Below are positions 46,732 to 62,632 of a DNA stretch of 64,000 nt, in pieces. The notes under the pieces were generated by a model that searched no databases, was not told the DNA's origin, and was given only the letters and a program-made list of their open reading frames with translations. This DNA is from the human T2T-CHM13v2.0 reference genome, Homo sapiens. The stretch's first letter is position 1. Each line of letters starts with the position of its first letter. Position numbers and translations under genes: made by a program. The stretch lies in the NCBI RefSeq assembly GCF_009914755.1, contig NC_060925.1. One strand, written 5' to 3'.

Positions 46732-48069
46732 AATGAAGAAAATTTCCCCATACTACGTGTGTGTTTTGCTTTAATATGACCGGGTAGTGAAATCTAAGGT
46801 GATGGGCACATGTTTCAAAACATATGTAATAATGTCAAGGATTTCCTTCTGATCCAGATGTAATGTTTTGACATTGAATGTTACATTGTTTCAGCTAGGT
46901 CCATGAAAGAAAAAATGTCTTCCAGCCACCATTCAGAGAGCTTTTCCCCTATCTTTCCAGGCACCTCTCAACATGTCAATCATTTGTGTAAGGCAGTGCA
47001 ATTATTTGAAAGATAAAGACATTAATTTAATTCACCTTTTCAGTTACAATCCTCTAAAGTCTTCTAAAAGGCATTTTCCAGCAGATTACGAACGTCGTCC
47101 TTTCTGAGTATTGTGTCATCGCCGCTCCCTTCCCGTTCACTGCAGAGCCTCTCCTTATCTCCCTAGTGCTCCCTCTTCCATCTAATCCATCTGGCCACTA
47201 CTGCCAGAGAAATTTTGCATCATGGATCTCCCACGTCCGTAAGTCAATGGTTTCCAGGGCCCACTACAATTAAATGACATTTTTCTTGTTTGTTTATCCT
47301 CTTTATTCAGTCTTCTTTTCACTTGTACCCAACCTGCACCCTCTAGGTGGTCTGTGCACACTGCGTCCATTTTCACTGCTGTCTTTGTTCATGGTGTTTG
47401 CCCAACCCTTACTTGGAAAGTTCTTTTCCACTAGTACCCAGCTCAAATCCCACCGCCTTTGTGACACTCGTTTATTCGATATATACTAACGTTTCCCTTT
47501 TCAAAGTATTCTATTTAGAGTTGGAAAAAACAGCATAGTATTTAAGTACTGTATTTTTCACTTCTCATCTAAGAGACCCACCAATGACCTATTAGTGTTT
47601 TATTTTTTGGTGTAGGTAACTATGTTGGTAGGAATATTTCAGTAACAAATATATACAAGGTAACTCACTGCGTTCAGATTTGTGCTTCCCTCCCTTCGAC
47701 CAAAACCTGAGGACCTATTCTGTGCTAGGGCCTGAAAATACAGAAATAAAGGAACTACAGCCTTGATGCCAAGGCTCTCGTAAGCAGATTATAATATGAT
47801 CTGCAGTGACAAATATTTGTGTCACCGATGAAAACATGAGCGGGAACCTCACCCAACACCATGTGACAAATACCCGAAATGGACTTCCTATTTCAACTAC
47901 TTTAGAGAAACATGGTGCCCTCAGGATCACTAGGTTACTCTGGAACACTCAGCAGAAGCCAGTCATCTGTCTCTAATACTGTTAGAAATGGTCCCGAGCC
48001 CAGAATAACATGAATTGCCCCCACCCTCACTTATCCACGCAGTCCCTCGCCAGTGGCTAATGCACCACG

Positions 48070-48860
48070 TTTACAGACCACGTCCCCAAGCGCCAGCGCG
48101 GACGGCGGTGCGGACAGGGAGCTGTATTGACCTGCGTTCTGCGTTTCAGAGCCCGGACCGCCCTGGGACCCCTGTGGCCCTCAAGTTCCCAAGTGACCTC
48201 GTCCGGGGAGGGGACGTCTCGCTCTGACCCCGCCCTGGACGCACCCACCCACGACGCCCCCGCCCACTTCCGGCGCGCCCCCTCTTCGCCCCGCCCACTC
48301 CCCCGGCTCCGCCTAGTGACGTCTTTGCCCCGCGCCGCGCCGTCCCACCCATCTCCCTGGCCTCCGGTCCCAACTTCGCTTCTCTGCTGACCCTCTCTCG
48401 TCGCCGCTGCCGCCGCCGCAGCTGCCAAAATGTGAGTGACGCTACGCGACGCGGGCGGCTTCGGGCCCCGCAGGCGGCAGCTCGCGCTGGGACCGCCATA
48501 CTGCCCAGTTGCCGCCGGCCGCCACTCGGACGCAGGCCGGGGCTGCGCGGGGATCCCGAGGCCTGGGGGTGGGCGGTGGCCCTTGGGTCGCGGGCTGCAG
48601 ACGGGCCGGGCGGGTCCCGCGGCCATCGGGCGGACGCGGAAGGGGCAAGGGCGGGGCGGCGAGACGCTTCCCGGAGGAAGTGAGCTGCCCGCCCGCAGCC
48701 CGCTCCTCGCCCCTTCCCTTTCTAGTCCCCGACGTCCCTGAGAGGAATGGGGACGACAGCCCTGGTTCGGGAGCGCCCGCTCTCGGCCCGGTGCTGCGCT
48801 GGGCCCCAGAAGTTGCGAAAGAAAGGACCTCGGCCCTGTCCTGAGCCCCTGTGGGCCGAA
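48070..48860. promoter_or_regulatory. VAMP3 CpG-island promoter
   Basis: High GC/CpG. GC boxes, ETS motif CACTTCCGG at 48265-48273, CRE-like TGACGTC at 48317-48323. Confidence 0.9.
48430..48431 (+). CDS. VAMP3: VAMP3 exon 1, coding part (AT of the split ATG)
   Basis: gccaaaAT|gtgagt. The G comes from exon 2. Confidence 0.93.
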
Positions 48861-49588
48861 GAGCTCCTTGCCTAGCTAGGGGCATCTGCACTGGAAAGAT
48901 CACTTAACCGTGGGCCTTCGCTCTCTTAAGCGAAAGCACGTTGCAAACCCCTGCTTCCAGTGGTAAGACTCAGAGAATGCTAATGGTTAAGAATCACAAG
49001 GACTCCCTCTTCCACCTCCATTCTGCTCATTGCTCACCGTCGGAGGAAGCCCCGGGTTTCTTCCAGGAGCTGGGGACCCCCCTCGAATGTTCCTGCTGAG
49101 GCTGCTGTGCCAATAGATCACAGTGGTTAAGATCTAGAGCCAAGGTACACAGGACCTGATCTAAAAACAAGCTGTCCTGCAGCCAGCTGTGTTGACTCTC
49201 TAAACCTCACTTTACTCATTTGTAAAATAGGAGTAATATTCCCCTCAGAGAGTTATGAGGGTTAAAGGAGGAAAAGCATGGAAAGAGTCTAGCGCCACGG
49301 CATGGTCCTTACTTATCTACCAGATACTAAACTCCGTGAGGACGGTGATGAGATCTGTTGTAGCCCTGGTCATTGACACATGACAGATGTAAAGTGACTG
49401 TTCAAACAGCCCATCAGACTGTTGTATACCAAGGCACATGCTAGGTGCTATCTAGGATACAGAGAAGAGAGTAAGAAGACCCAGGAACCTGTGATCTATT
49501 CGAGGAGGCGGGACTTTATACCTGAAAAACCAAAGTGATACTTTCCAAGTAATGGAGCCAATAATGACTTCAGAGTCAGAGTGGTTAA

Positions 49589-49987
<399 letters not shown>

Positions 49988-50487
49988 TCAACACACCTTT
50001 CCACTCACACCACCCACTCCCTGCATCCCAGTGTTCCTGACTCTGTTTCTGTAAATTAATCTATTTTTCCATATTGGAAAAAGGGCATTCTGTAACTGTT
50101 TGTAACTATGAAAACAGTTCCTTCCACAATGAAAAGATCAGGAAAGTACTGAGTACATTCAAGCAGATGTGTGCCTTAGAACAAGTTTCAAAAAAGGACA
50201 GTAGAGCTTACCTATCGTGGGATCAGATACTTCAGGGATACAAAGTAGGTCCTATTAAAGCTTAACATTTGTCCCTTTAGTAGGTGGGACAGTCTTGGAA
50301 ATTATAGAGAAATTAGAAGAAATGCAATTAAAACTTTCGTTCATTGCTTCAGGAAGAATTTCTTTTTCTGTTTTAGTTCTAATGTAAGAGATTGTTAACA
50401 GTGAGAGTCCCGGAGTAACATCTTTATACTTAAGAAAATGTATTTGGAATCGTAATGTACTCATGCTCATGCCTTTACATGTTCCAG

Positions 50488-50557
50488 GTCTACAGGTCCA
50501 ACTGCTGCCACTGGCAGTAATCGAAGACTTCAGCAGACACAAAATCAAGTAGATGAG
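50488..50557 (+). CDS. VAMP3: VAMP3 exon 2 ([23 protein letters not shown])
   Basis: ttccag| and |gtattg. Confidence 0.96.
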
Positions 50558-51439
50558 GTATTGCTCTGAAATGTTGGAAATATGAATTTTAAACAAATAT
50601 GAGTACTCTGGAAATCTGTTTAGAAAAAGTATCATCAAAGTGTGAATGTAAAGCAAATTCTGACTGTATCATAATTGTAACGAAACTTTGCTCCCTGCTG
50701 TGCTGGAAGATCTAATCTAAGCAAAAGTCAGACTTTCTAGGTTTCACGCTTGTTTTCCTGTGATAGAAACCTGCTCATAACATTTAGCTCAGGAGAAATA
50801 AAAAATCATATGCCTAAAACATGAACATCACTCCCTGAGTGCATTCCCCAAGAAGCACTTTATAAAATCGGATAATACAATGTTAAGGATTAGGTCTTTA
50901 GATTGCTCAAGCCAAGACCAGTTCTTCTGATCAGATTTTTTTATCAAAATGCTTTGTCTTCTTACTAATTGTCCAGCCTGAGCAAGCCTCTCTGTAGAAT
51001 TCATCTCTAATGGTTGTCCATTGACACACACAAAGTAGATACTGTCAAACTCCATTAGCTCAGCAAATCTCTGTTTGTAGAATTCTTGAGCTAGAGGACC
51101 TCCATCTTTTGTTCTGCGCCGTATGTGGAGAACCACAGCAGAAGATTGAGAAATTCAGACTAGTGTTTCCACATTCCTAAAAGCCGTCACTGTCCGACAA
51201 ATATATTTCGGTCTTTCTGCATTTAGCTGCCCTGAAAAAACAGTTAAAGTTATGTCAGATACTGTTGTTAAATAATATAGTAATGTTTTGATCTGATGGT
51301 TTTGTTCATGAACTTATACAATTTTAGATTTTCACAGTAAGAAACCCATTGTAATTCTGTCCTGCCTGGAAATTCTGTTTACTTACAAAATCAAATTGGA
51401 TTTTTTTTTTTAGCCAAAGGAATTTTAAGGAGAGTTGTT

Positions 51440-53740
<2,301 letters not shown>

Positions 53741-53862
53741 TGTTTTGATCATGAAAGAGTGAGCCCATTTTTTCTAAAGTGAAAGTTTGGCTCAAAGTAA
53801 TAAAGTGCTGACCTGAAAGAACAATGTGCCTGTAGATTGTCTTTGAAGTCTCTGTGCCTCCA

Positions 53863-54155
53863 TTTTTTTTGAGACGGAGTCTCACTCTGTCACCCAGGTT
53901 GAAGTGCAATGACGCAGTCTCACCTCATTGCAACCTCCTCCTCCTGGGTTCAAGCGAGTCTCCTGCCTCAGCCTCCTGAGTAGTTGGGATTACAAGCGCC
54001 CAGCACCCCTCCCGGCTGATTTTCTTATGTTTTTAGTACTGAGACAGGGTTTCCCCATGTTGGCCAGGTTGGTCTCGAACTCCTGACCACAGGTGATCCA
54101 CCCACCTCGGCCTCCCAAAGTGCTAGGATTACAGGCGTGAGCCACCGCACCTGGC
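53863..54155 (-). mobile_element. Alu ending ~50 nt before VAMP3 exon 3
   Basis: Consensus. Confidence 0.95.
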
Positions 54156-54205
54156 CCTGTTCCTCCATTCTTTGTGCATTACTTGCTGTGATCACACTCA
54201 TCTAG

Positions 54206-54364
54206 GTGGTGGACATAATGCGAGTTAACGTGGACAAGGTTCTGGAAAGAGACCAGAAGCTCTCTGAGTTAGACGACCGTGCAGACGCACTGCAGGCAGG
54301 CGCTTCTCAATTTGAAACGAGCGCAGCCAAGTTGAAGAGGAAATATTGGTGGAAGAATTGCAAG
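54206..54364 (+). CDS. VAMP3: VAMP3 exon 3 (SNARE motif, VVDIMRV...KYWWKNCK)
   Basis: atctag| and |gtaatt. Synaptobrevin signature. Confidence 0.97.
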
Positions 54365-55163
54365 GTAATTATCTTTTAACTGACCTTTACATTTAACCCC
54401 CCTTCTCCATTCTCAGAGAATTAACAGGCTACAGATAATGGACTTTCACGACTCTGGGAGGTGGGTTTGACTTCCTCCACATGGAAATGTGGGTCCACTG
54501 TGAATCCGAAACACTGACTGCATACCCTTTCCTAGCCCCACACTAGGAATCCTCTATGTGCTGTGGCTGATCTTCAGAAGATGCAGGTAGAACAGGAATA
54601 TCCAAAATCACTCACAGTCATCAGCCCCTCCCAACCCTCTACCCCAGCAGGGCCCCAAACAGATAGGAGAGGGCTGGAATTGGTCAGTTTTCTCGTAGTT
54701 CTGTGAATGGTTCCAAGGTCAAGGGAAAGAAATGCTAGAAAGCCACAGTGTGCCCAACAGAAGAGTAGAAAGCAGCTCTCCCAGGAGCACGAGCCAAAGC
54801 AGATTTTATACAGTTAGCGTGCTGCAATCAGATCCAGATGTATCCTGTCCTCTGCCTTGTTTACAAGTGACACTTTGAGACACAGGGCAAGCTGAGCAGC
54901 CTTTCCATATGTGGAAAACTTGTATACACAAACAAATGCCTAGCTAGAGGCCACACATCATTTGAACATCTTTTAAAAGCAGATAAGTTACCTTCAGGCC
55001 CTAATTGAGAACATTTAATTTAGGCTTTAGAAATTATTAATTACTCCAGACTGTATGCACCTGAATTTCCCTTTCAGTGACTAGATGAATATTATATAAT
55101 ACTCTTCAACAAGCACATTATGTCTGCATTTGAAATGTGATATGGACATATGTTTTGTTACAG

Positions 55164-55215
55164 ATGTGGGCAATCGGGATTACTGTTCTGGTTATCTTCA
55201 TCATCATCATCATCG
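55164..55215 (+). CDS. VAMP3: VAMP3 exon 4 (transmembrane segment MWAIGITVLVIFIIIII)
   Basis: ttacag| and |gtgagt. Confidence 0.96.
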
Positions 55216-55326
55216 GTGAGTTACCCTTTTCTAAACTGATTGGAAAAGTCTTCTCCATGTGTTCACAGACCATTGATTTTGTGTACAAGAACTCAGATTA
55301 AAATTTCCCTCCGAAATGTTAGTTTT

Positions 55327-55595
55327 GGCTAGGTGCGGTGACTCATGCCTGTAATCCCAAAGCTTTGGGAGGCCAGGAGTTTGAGACCAGCCTGGGCAAC
55401 ATAGCGTCTCTACAAACAATTGTTAATAATTAACCAGGCATGGTAGTGCACACCTGTAAGTCCCAGCTACTCAGGAGGCTGAGACAGGAGGATTGCTTGA
55501 GCCCAGGAATTCAAGGCTGCAGTGAGCCATGATCATGCCACTGCCCTCTAGTCTGGGTGACAGAGTGAGACCTTTTCTCAAAAAAAAAAAAGAAA
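55327..55595 (+). mobile_element. AluJ-like starting ~110 nt after VAMP3 exon 4
   Basis: Consensus. Confidence 0.93.
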
Positions 55596-55959
55596 GGTTC
55601 ATTTATTCCAAGGTTTTCAGTTTTCTTTAATAAATGTTTTAAGTACTTGAGTTTTGTATAAGTCTGAGATTTGATACAAACATTAATCCTTTGAAGTTAG
55701 AGAAAATCTATTCATTTCCACTTCTTTTCTCTGAATATATTTTTTTCACATATTTCCTTTTATGTAATGTAGTGGTTAAAAGCATGGAGTGCCTGTGATC
55801 CATCCTGGCTCCACCACCATCCAGCTGTATGGCCGTGGACAAGCAATTTAATATCTCTGGGTTTCTGTTTCCTCATTTGTAAAATGGGGATAATAATAGT
55901 CCCTGTCTTGTTTGTTTGTTTGTTTGTTAAAGGACAGATCTGGTAAATATATAAAAATT

Positions 55960-56353
<394 letters not shown>

Positions 56354-56671
56354 CTATTATTATATAATATTCAAACAACTCACTGCCATCGGTAGCCCAG
56401 TATATGAGAACCGAAACATGACTTCTTTCATTGATAGATGGATGTTAGTGGATGTTTCCTTTTAGCAGGAAGGTACAGTTACTTGGATCCTTTTGACTCT
56501 AGTCTCCTTCCTCTAGCCCTCTATAGAATGGAGAGAAGCCAGTAGTAGGAAATCAGCCCAGTCTAATTTCTGATCACATTTAGACTGCAGCATTGGATGT
56601 TGGCTTGGGATTCACACTGAGAGACTAACCTGCTGTTTCCCCTGCCTTTTTGCATCTCTCCTCCTTCTTAG

Positions 56672-56691
56672 TGTGGGTTGTCTCTTCATGA
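56672..56691 (+). CDS. VAMP3: VAMP3 exon 5, coding part (VWVVSS*)
   Basis: tcttag|. TGA at 56689-56691. Confidence 0.95.
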
Positions 56692-58456
56692 AGAACCAGC
56701 GGAACTCAAAACTGCTGTTCAAGAAACCTCTTCAAGACTTTTGACTTAGAACCTGCTATATTATCAAGCTTACCTACTGTTATCTCTAAAATTTTTTTTG
56801 TGTTAATGTAAAGTTGAATTTCTAGGAAACGTGCCTTTGTTTTTTAATATGCACTCCAAATTAGAAGGCCGGCCCCGTCCACATTTTGCACAGTGCCTTT
56901 ACAGATTTACGTATGGGCTGATGAAGAGGCCTTCTTAAGTTCCAGAGTGCTATAATCTAGATGTAATGTTGTCACTAATTAATTGCCATTACTCCCAGTT
57001 AGTTACCCTTGTCATTTGGCATTATTTTCAGAACCACATTTTAAACCTTTGGGTAATCAGATTTCCAACTTATGCCTTCCAGAAAAAAACACTACTGCCT
57101 AACACAAATCTGTGATAACAACAGGCTGTGCCTTATTTTGATAATTTTCTGATTCCCTAGAAGAGAACCCTCTACTTTTTGTAAGCACTACTGACTCTCG
57201 CTGTATTTAAGATGCTGGTGAAGAGCTTTTGCTCTTGCATTAGATTTGAAGATGTTTACATTGTTGTTATTGTTATGTATCACTTGCTAAAAATATTGTT
57301 TTAATCAGAGATAACCTCTTTAAAAAAATTTTTAAAGAACTATGGCTATGACCAAAGCTTCTATTTTGCCAAAAAGTTAAATACCGATAAAATGGCCTTA
57401 AGTGTATTCCTGACAGTTAAATTCAGAAACGTGCCAAATGGAACTCAAGGTGCCCCTTCAGAATTAAAATCATTACCTTGTGTGTGAACCTTCTACATCT
57501 TCATAGGCCTTTCTTCCTTTTGAAAGGCTGTAGACAGTGTGGCTCCCCTTCTGATTCAGTATTTTGCATGGGGGTTAGAGAAGGTTTGAGGTAGACTCTG
57601 ACCGTCTCATAAAAGAGTTCTACCCAGCAGTTGGCAGATTATCAGCTGTGGACTCCAGCATGTTTCTGATAATTATGCAAGCAACAATTCTGTAGCCTCA
57701 AGTAAGACCACCTGTGAACTTGATCATTATCTGGCCCAAATATGAAGATAAACTATAACTTTGGAGTTTGTTTCCTATTTGTATTCACATTCTGCTTCCT
57801 AAATCAGTTTTCTAAATTATGCCTGCAATTAGGCATTGGTCAGGGGTGAATGGCTCTTTTCACAGAGAGTAGCCAACCAGAGACCTTTGCTTTGATATCA
57901 TCAACTGCAGAGAATGCTGTTGATGGGAATGCTGGAAGCAGAAACTTTGTCATCGGAAAAACTTTTCTTGTATGCATGAGACTCAACATCAGGATCCACA
58001 GCTTAAAGATGGGAATTCAGGTATGAAAGAAAACAGGCAAGGAGGCACTGAGGGAGAAAGACACAGACTTTATCGCTCTGTGGCTCATTGTTACTGGAAT
58101 ATTCTAAAACTCTTGTTCACATGCTATTATGACTTATAAAGCAGCAACAGCTGAGGCGCACCAGGACACAGCTTCCATTTCTTTAACGTCTGTTCCCTTA
58201 ACATCGCTGAAATGATTTACTGTTGAAGAGATGCCTTGCGGTGTGGCCAGCTGTGAGGAGAAAGCAGCTGGCAGTGTTAGGACATTAGTCCACCTTCAGC
58301 GCAGGGTCTCTGGCCGGGTCTGACTCAGAAACCTTGGTACTCGCCCCTTGGCCACAGTGCCCAGACCCATGTAACCCACTGGCTCCTGCATTAACCCAGA
58401 AATACCTCGCTTCTATCTGTGCACTTAGCTGGGAACTTACCCACTGTAATCACCTA

Positions 58457-58462
58457 AATAAA
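58457..58462 (+). terminator. VAMP3 poly(A) signal AATAAA
   Basis: Ends the transposon-free 3'UTR, with TGTA just upstream. Confidence 0.85.
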
Positions 58463-59345
58463 GTGTTTATAAACATGATTGTGGCACCTGTGCTCCTTGT
58501 AGAGGAATAGCTGCACCTGGTCCGAGTCCTAAAAATGCCATTCCTTGCTGCTCCCCATACCTGTCCCTTAGAAGCCCCGAAACTGTCTCCCCCTTTTCTC
58601 ACCAGCCCCTCTCTAGGTACTCTACCCTTTTGGTACCCAGCATTTCCGCATACCCCAGTGAACAGAAGAAAACCGCTCCCCTTGTGAAAAGTGCTTTTTA
58701 GTATAGGCGATGAGGAGGAAACTGGCTTTTACACAATTACCAAAATTCAGGATGTGGCTTTGGAGTTCCCTAAATAGATGGTCTTTCTAAAGTGATGTGC
58801 AGAGCCGACCCCGTCTGTGGTAGACTAGATGGCTGCTGGCATGGACCCTGGGATAGATGAGTGGATAGGTGAGGGACATCCCCAGACACATGGCTCTGTT
58901 CCTGTAGATCCTTTTTTCCTCATGAATGTATTTCCATTCTTATCGTAGAACCCCTAGGAAACAATATAATACGGGTGGAAGAGGACTTTTGCTTATGTTT
59001 ACAATAGGAAAATCCAAGTCCCTTTCCCGAATTACAGGTCCCACGATGATCTGGTCCTTTCTAGTTTTCTGACTTCATGTCACACGACTCTCCAGCTCTC
59101 TCTTCTCCAAGCAAGGTACTCCACCAAAGTATAGCTGTTGACATCGGAGAGACTTGTGCCCATGAGACTTTCAACATCAGGGTGTGGCTTGAAGGCCAGA
59201 GTTAGCTATGAATGAAAACAGGCAAGGAAGCCCTGAGGGAGAAATGGACCTGATAAAGTTTGTTTCGGTTTCTCATCAGCAAACTGACTTCTTTCCAAAG
59301 GTCTTCTGCAGGTACTTTCAGCTCTGCCGGGTCTACTTCCTCACC

Positions 59346-59433
59346 CGCGGCAGGCGCCTCTCATCTCAGGTTGAAATCCGCCTTCCCCACTCGCGGCAGG
59401 CGCCTCTCATCTCAGGTTGAAATCCGCCTTCCC
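59346..59433 (+). repeat. Tandem duplication, 46-bp period (42 bp identical)
   Basis: 59346-59387 is identical to 59392-59433. Confidence 0.95.
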
Positions 59434-60078
59434 AGAGGCCTGCCCTGCTGATCTGACTAAGCAGGCTCTGGCCTCCCCACTCCACCTTTCTCCCAGTTAC
59501 TCTTCCTTCCAGTAGTTTGTTTTCTACACATCGCTTTAGGCTTTATGAACTTGTTTATGGGGTTGTTTGTATGGCTTTCTCAATAAAACGTCAACTCCCT
59601 GGGTGGCAGGGACTTTGGGCCACTGTTCTATCCGCTGGGATTCCAAGCGTCCCTACCCAGATCTGCACGCAATAAATGCTTGCTGAACGAATGCAGTTTG
59701 ACAAAACCCAGCTTCGGAGGAGAGCAAGCCAACCTAGAGTATCGCTTGGAAGATATAAGGTGGTTTATTCAATACCTAACATGAACACTCACCTCACTTT
59801 TCCCCTCTTCCTTTACATACAATTTCATCCATCCAACAAATACTGAATATTTTTTCTGTACCAGGCAGCGAAGAGGGGCGGCACTCTGCACTGTACCTTT
59901 CATTTCTAACATGTTGAGATACTAAACTGAGCTTTCAGACATTTTTTTTAAAGGGCTCTACAACTTCTTTTCTGAAACAGAGTGTCTTTTACGTTTGTCT
60001 TCCTCCAGTTGCCAAATGAATCTAATTTTAGGAAGTGCAGGGAAGTGTTTTAAGTTCCACCGTCAAAATTCTGTTTCT

Positions 60079-60370
<292 letters not shown>

Positions 60371-60912
60371 TCTGTTTCTAAAAATCGGGTGGGCTTTTTA
60401 CCAGGGCTGCTTTATGGCCCGGTTCCTCCAAGTCCACCCCACTCACCGAAAGAGTTAGCGGAGGATGGGGGCGGTTGGGGTGGGCTCGGTAGGTCACGGG
60501 CGGTGAAAACCGTGGGAACCCAGAAAGACGGCCAAAGCACGATGAGGACCGCTGCCGGCAGCCCGCCCCACCCTGGGCTCCTCCCCACACCCGCTCGGGC
60601 AGCCGGGAGCCACCTACAAACTCCAGGACTCGACCCCAGAGCGCTGGCCTGAGCCGCCCCTGCTCGCCCCAAGTCCCCGCCTCTCCCTCCCTCTAATGCC
60701 CCCGCCCTCGACACCGTCGCCCCCCCGCCCCTGCCTCTCGCTCCCCACGTCTCTCGGCACCCCCGCTCCCATCCGCCCCCCCGTCCCCGCCTCTCGCCCC
60801 CATCCGTCCCCATTTCCAGCCTCCCCCTGACCCCGACTCAAGCCCCCCGACTCCGCCTCTCGCCCCTCTCTGCCCCCGCCTCTCACTCCCCTCTCCTTCC
60901 CCGCCCGCCTCT

Positions 60913-60972
60913 CACGTGGAGGTTGGGCCGGACCCGCCCCGCCCCACAGAGCCCGGGTCCCGCCCCCACGTG
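60913..60972. promoter_or_regulatory. Two canonical E-boxes CACGTG (60913-60918, 60967-60972)
   Basis: Exact CLOCK:BMAL1-type motifs upstream of a Period gene. Confidence 0.75.
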
Positions 60973-61158
60973 GCTGGCAGCTTCCTGGCCCTATCATTTC
61001 TGCGCTGGCTTCAGCGGCTCCGCCCCGGCGCCGTGCCAGGGGGCCGGACACTCCAGTCGCGCGGCACAGGCCTGAGGCCGCTGAGGGCCACCCCGTCCCC
61101 TGCCCGCCCGCCGGCCTGCTGGGATTGGCCGAGCGCCGGCCTCCGCCCGAGCCCGCGC

Positions 61159-61209
61159 GTTATGTAACGCGCCCCGGGGGCCCCGCCCCCTCGCCCTGGC
61201 TTATATAAC
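61159..61209. promoter_or_regulatory. Tandem D-boxes GTTATGTAAC (61159-61168) and CTTATATAAC (61200-61209)
   Basis: PAR-bZIP/NFIL3 consensus standing out as AT-rich islands in GC-rich DNA. Per3 is a classical D-box gene. Confidence 0.88.
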
Positions 61210-61334
61210 CCGGGCGCACCGGCTCGCGCCCCGCCCCAGGGCCAATGGAGGCCTGCGGAGTCGGCCCCGACGACCAATCGCGCGGCCCGGGGGCGGGGCC
61301 GGTCACGCGGCGGCAGGGGGCGCGGCGCCGGCTG

Positions 61335-61422
61335 CTGACCGGCACGCGGCGAGCCTCGAGACTGCGCGAGGGCGGCCCCGGGGGCGAGCGGCTGTGCGCG
61401 GGGCCAAGGGCGGGGGCAGCAG
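61335..61422 (+). other. PER3: PER3 non-coding exon 1 (start approximate)
   Basis: Consensus donor cag|GTGAGT at 61423, matching acceptor ccctag| at 61699. Confidence 0.8.
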
Positions 61423-61430
61423 GTGAGTGC

Positions 61431-61472
61431 GCGGCCGGGCGGGAGTTCTGGGCGGCCGGGCGGGAGTTCTGG
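61431..61472 (+). repeat. 21-bp perfect tandem repeat x2 (GCGGCCGGGCGGGAGTTCTGG)
   Basis: Read directly from sequence. Confidence 0.95.
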
Positions 61473-61854
61473 GCACTCGCGCGCGGCAGAGGAGCCCCGC
61501 GAGCCCTGCCCTCGGTACTGGGGGCCCCCGGAGCGTGGCGCTTCCGAGCCACCCGCCTCCCCGGGCCCCATCCCTCGGCGCGCGGGAAAGTTGGGGCAGG
61601 GGTGAGGACCGCGCGGTCGGGGCGCCCCAGCCAGCCGGGCCGCTGGCGTCGGACTGTCTGTTCCATTTGTCCCTTGTCACCCTTGTCTCCTCCCCCTAGG
61701 CCGGAGTCCTGAAAGTCGAGCGAGCTCCGGGTTTTGAAAATGTTGGAGGGAAAAGCTCCTCGGAGATGAGCGTGACCCCCTGGCTCGTGGTGGCCGCCTG
61801 TTCTCACTAACGCCATGGCGGGGACCGGAGTGAGAAACCGGTGTCTGTCACTGA

Positions 61855-62052
<198 letters not shown>

Positions 62053-62486
62053 TGACGCGCTGGCTTCAGGCCGAGGGCCCCATGCGTTCGTTGTCCTTCC
62101 CTGGAGCAGGGAAAGGGGGACCTAAATCTTTTTATTCTTTTGTTTTCAAGCCCAGGGGAAAGTGTAAAGGGGAGACTCGGGCAATGTAGGATGAAGTGAT
62201 CCGTGACACTGAAGAAAATTACCGAAGAGTATCAGGAGGGAAAAGTGGTTACAAAAGTTAGCTGAGTTGGGGCTCAAGTGGATTAAGGGAAAGTAAGTGG
62301 AGAATGTTTGTCATTCACCAGTTGCTTTGCCTCGAGTTCCCCACCTAGAGGAAGAGGGGTCACCACCCTGTGGACTGATGCCGGTAGAGCACTTAGAAAC
62401 TTACCTGGCTTGCAGTTTGTGTTCCCTAAGCCGCAAGATGCTGTTGTCTTCAGAGGATGAAGTTGTAATTTTTTTTTATCTTCCAG

Positions 62487-62632
62487 TGAACAGCAAGATC
62501 GAAACAGAGTTTCTGAAGAACTTATCATGGTTGTCCAAGAAATGAAAAAATACTTCCCCTCGGAGAGACGCAATAAACCAAGCACTCTAGATGCCCTCAA
62601 CTATGCTCTCCGCTGTGTCCACAGCGTTCAAG
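62487..62632 (+). CDS. PER3: PER3 coding exon (146 nt): [23 protein letters not shown]...[17 protein letters not shown]
   Basis: ttccag| and |gtaaac. Period-family STLxALxYALxCV motif. Confidence 0.96.

Larger units (their letters stand above)
43538..46750 (+). other. CAMTA1: CAMTA1 long 3'UTR
   Basis: AT-rich, no recognisable transposon. Poly(A) hexamers at 44722, 45252, 45394, 46444 and 46726. Confidence 0.85.

Noticed and set aside
48015-48903. Overlapping long ORFs on both strands at the VAMP3 promoter
   Set aside because: Stop-codon scarcity in a CpG island.
50828-51136. 102-aa antisense ORF in VAMP3 intron 2
   Set aside because: Non-ATG start, no recognisable homology or splice signals.
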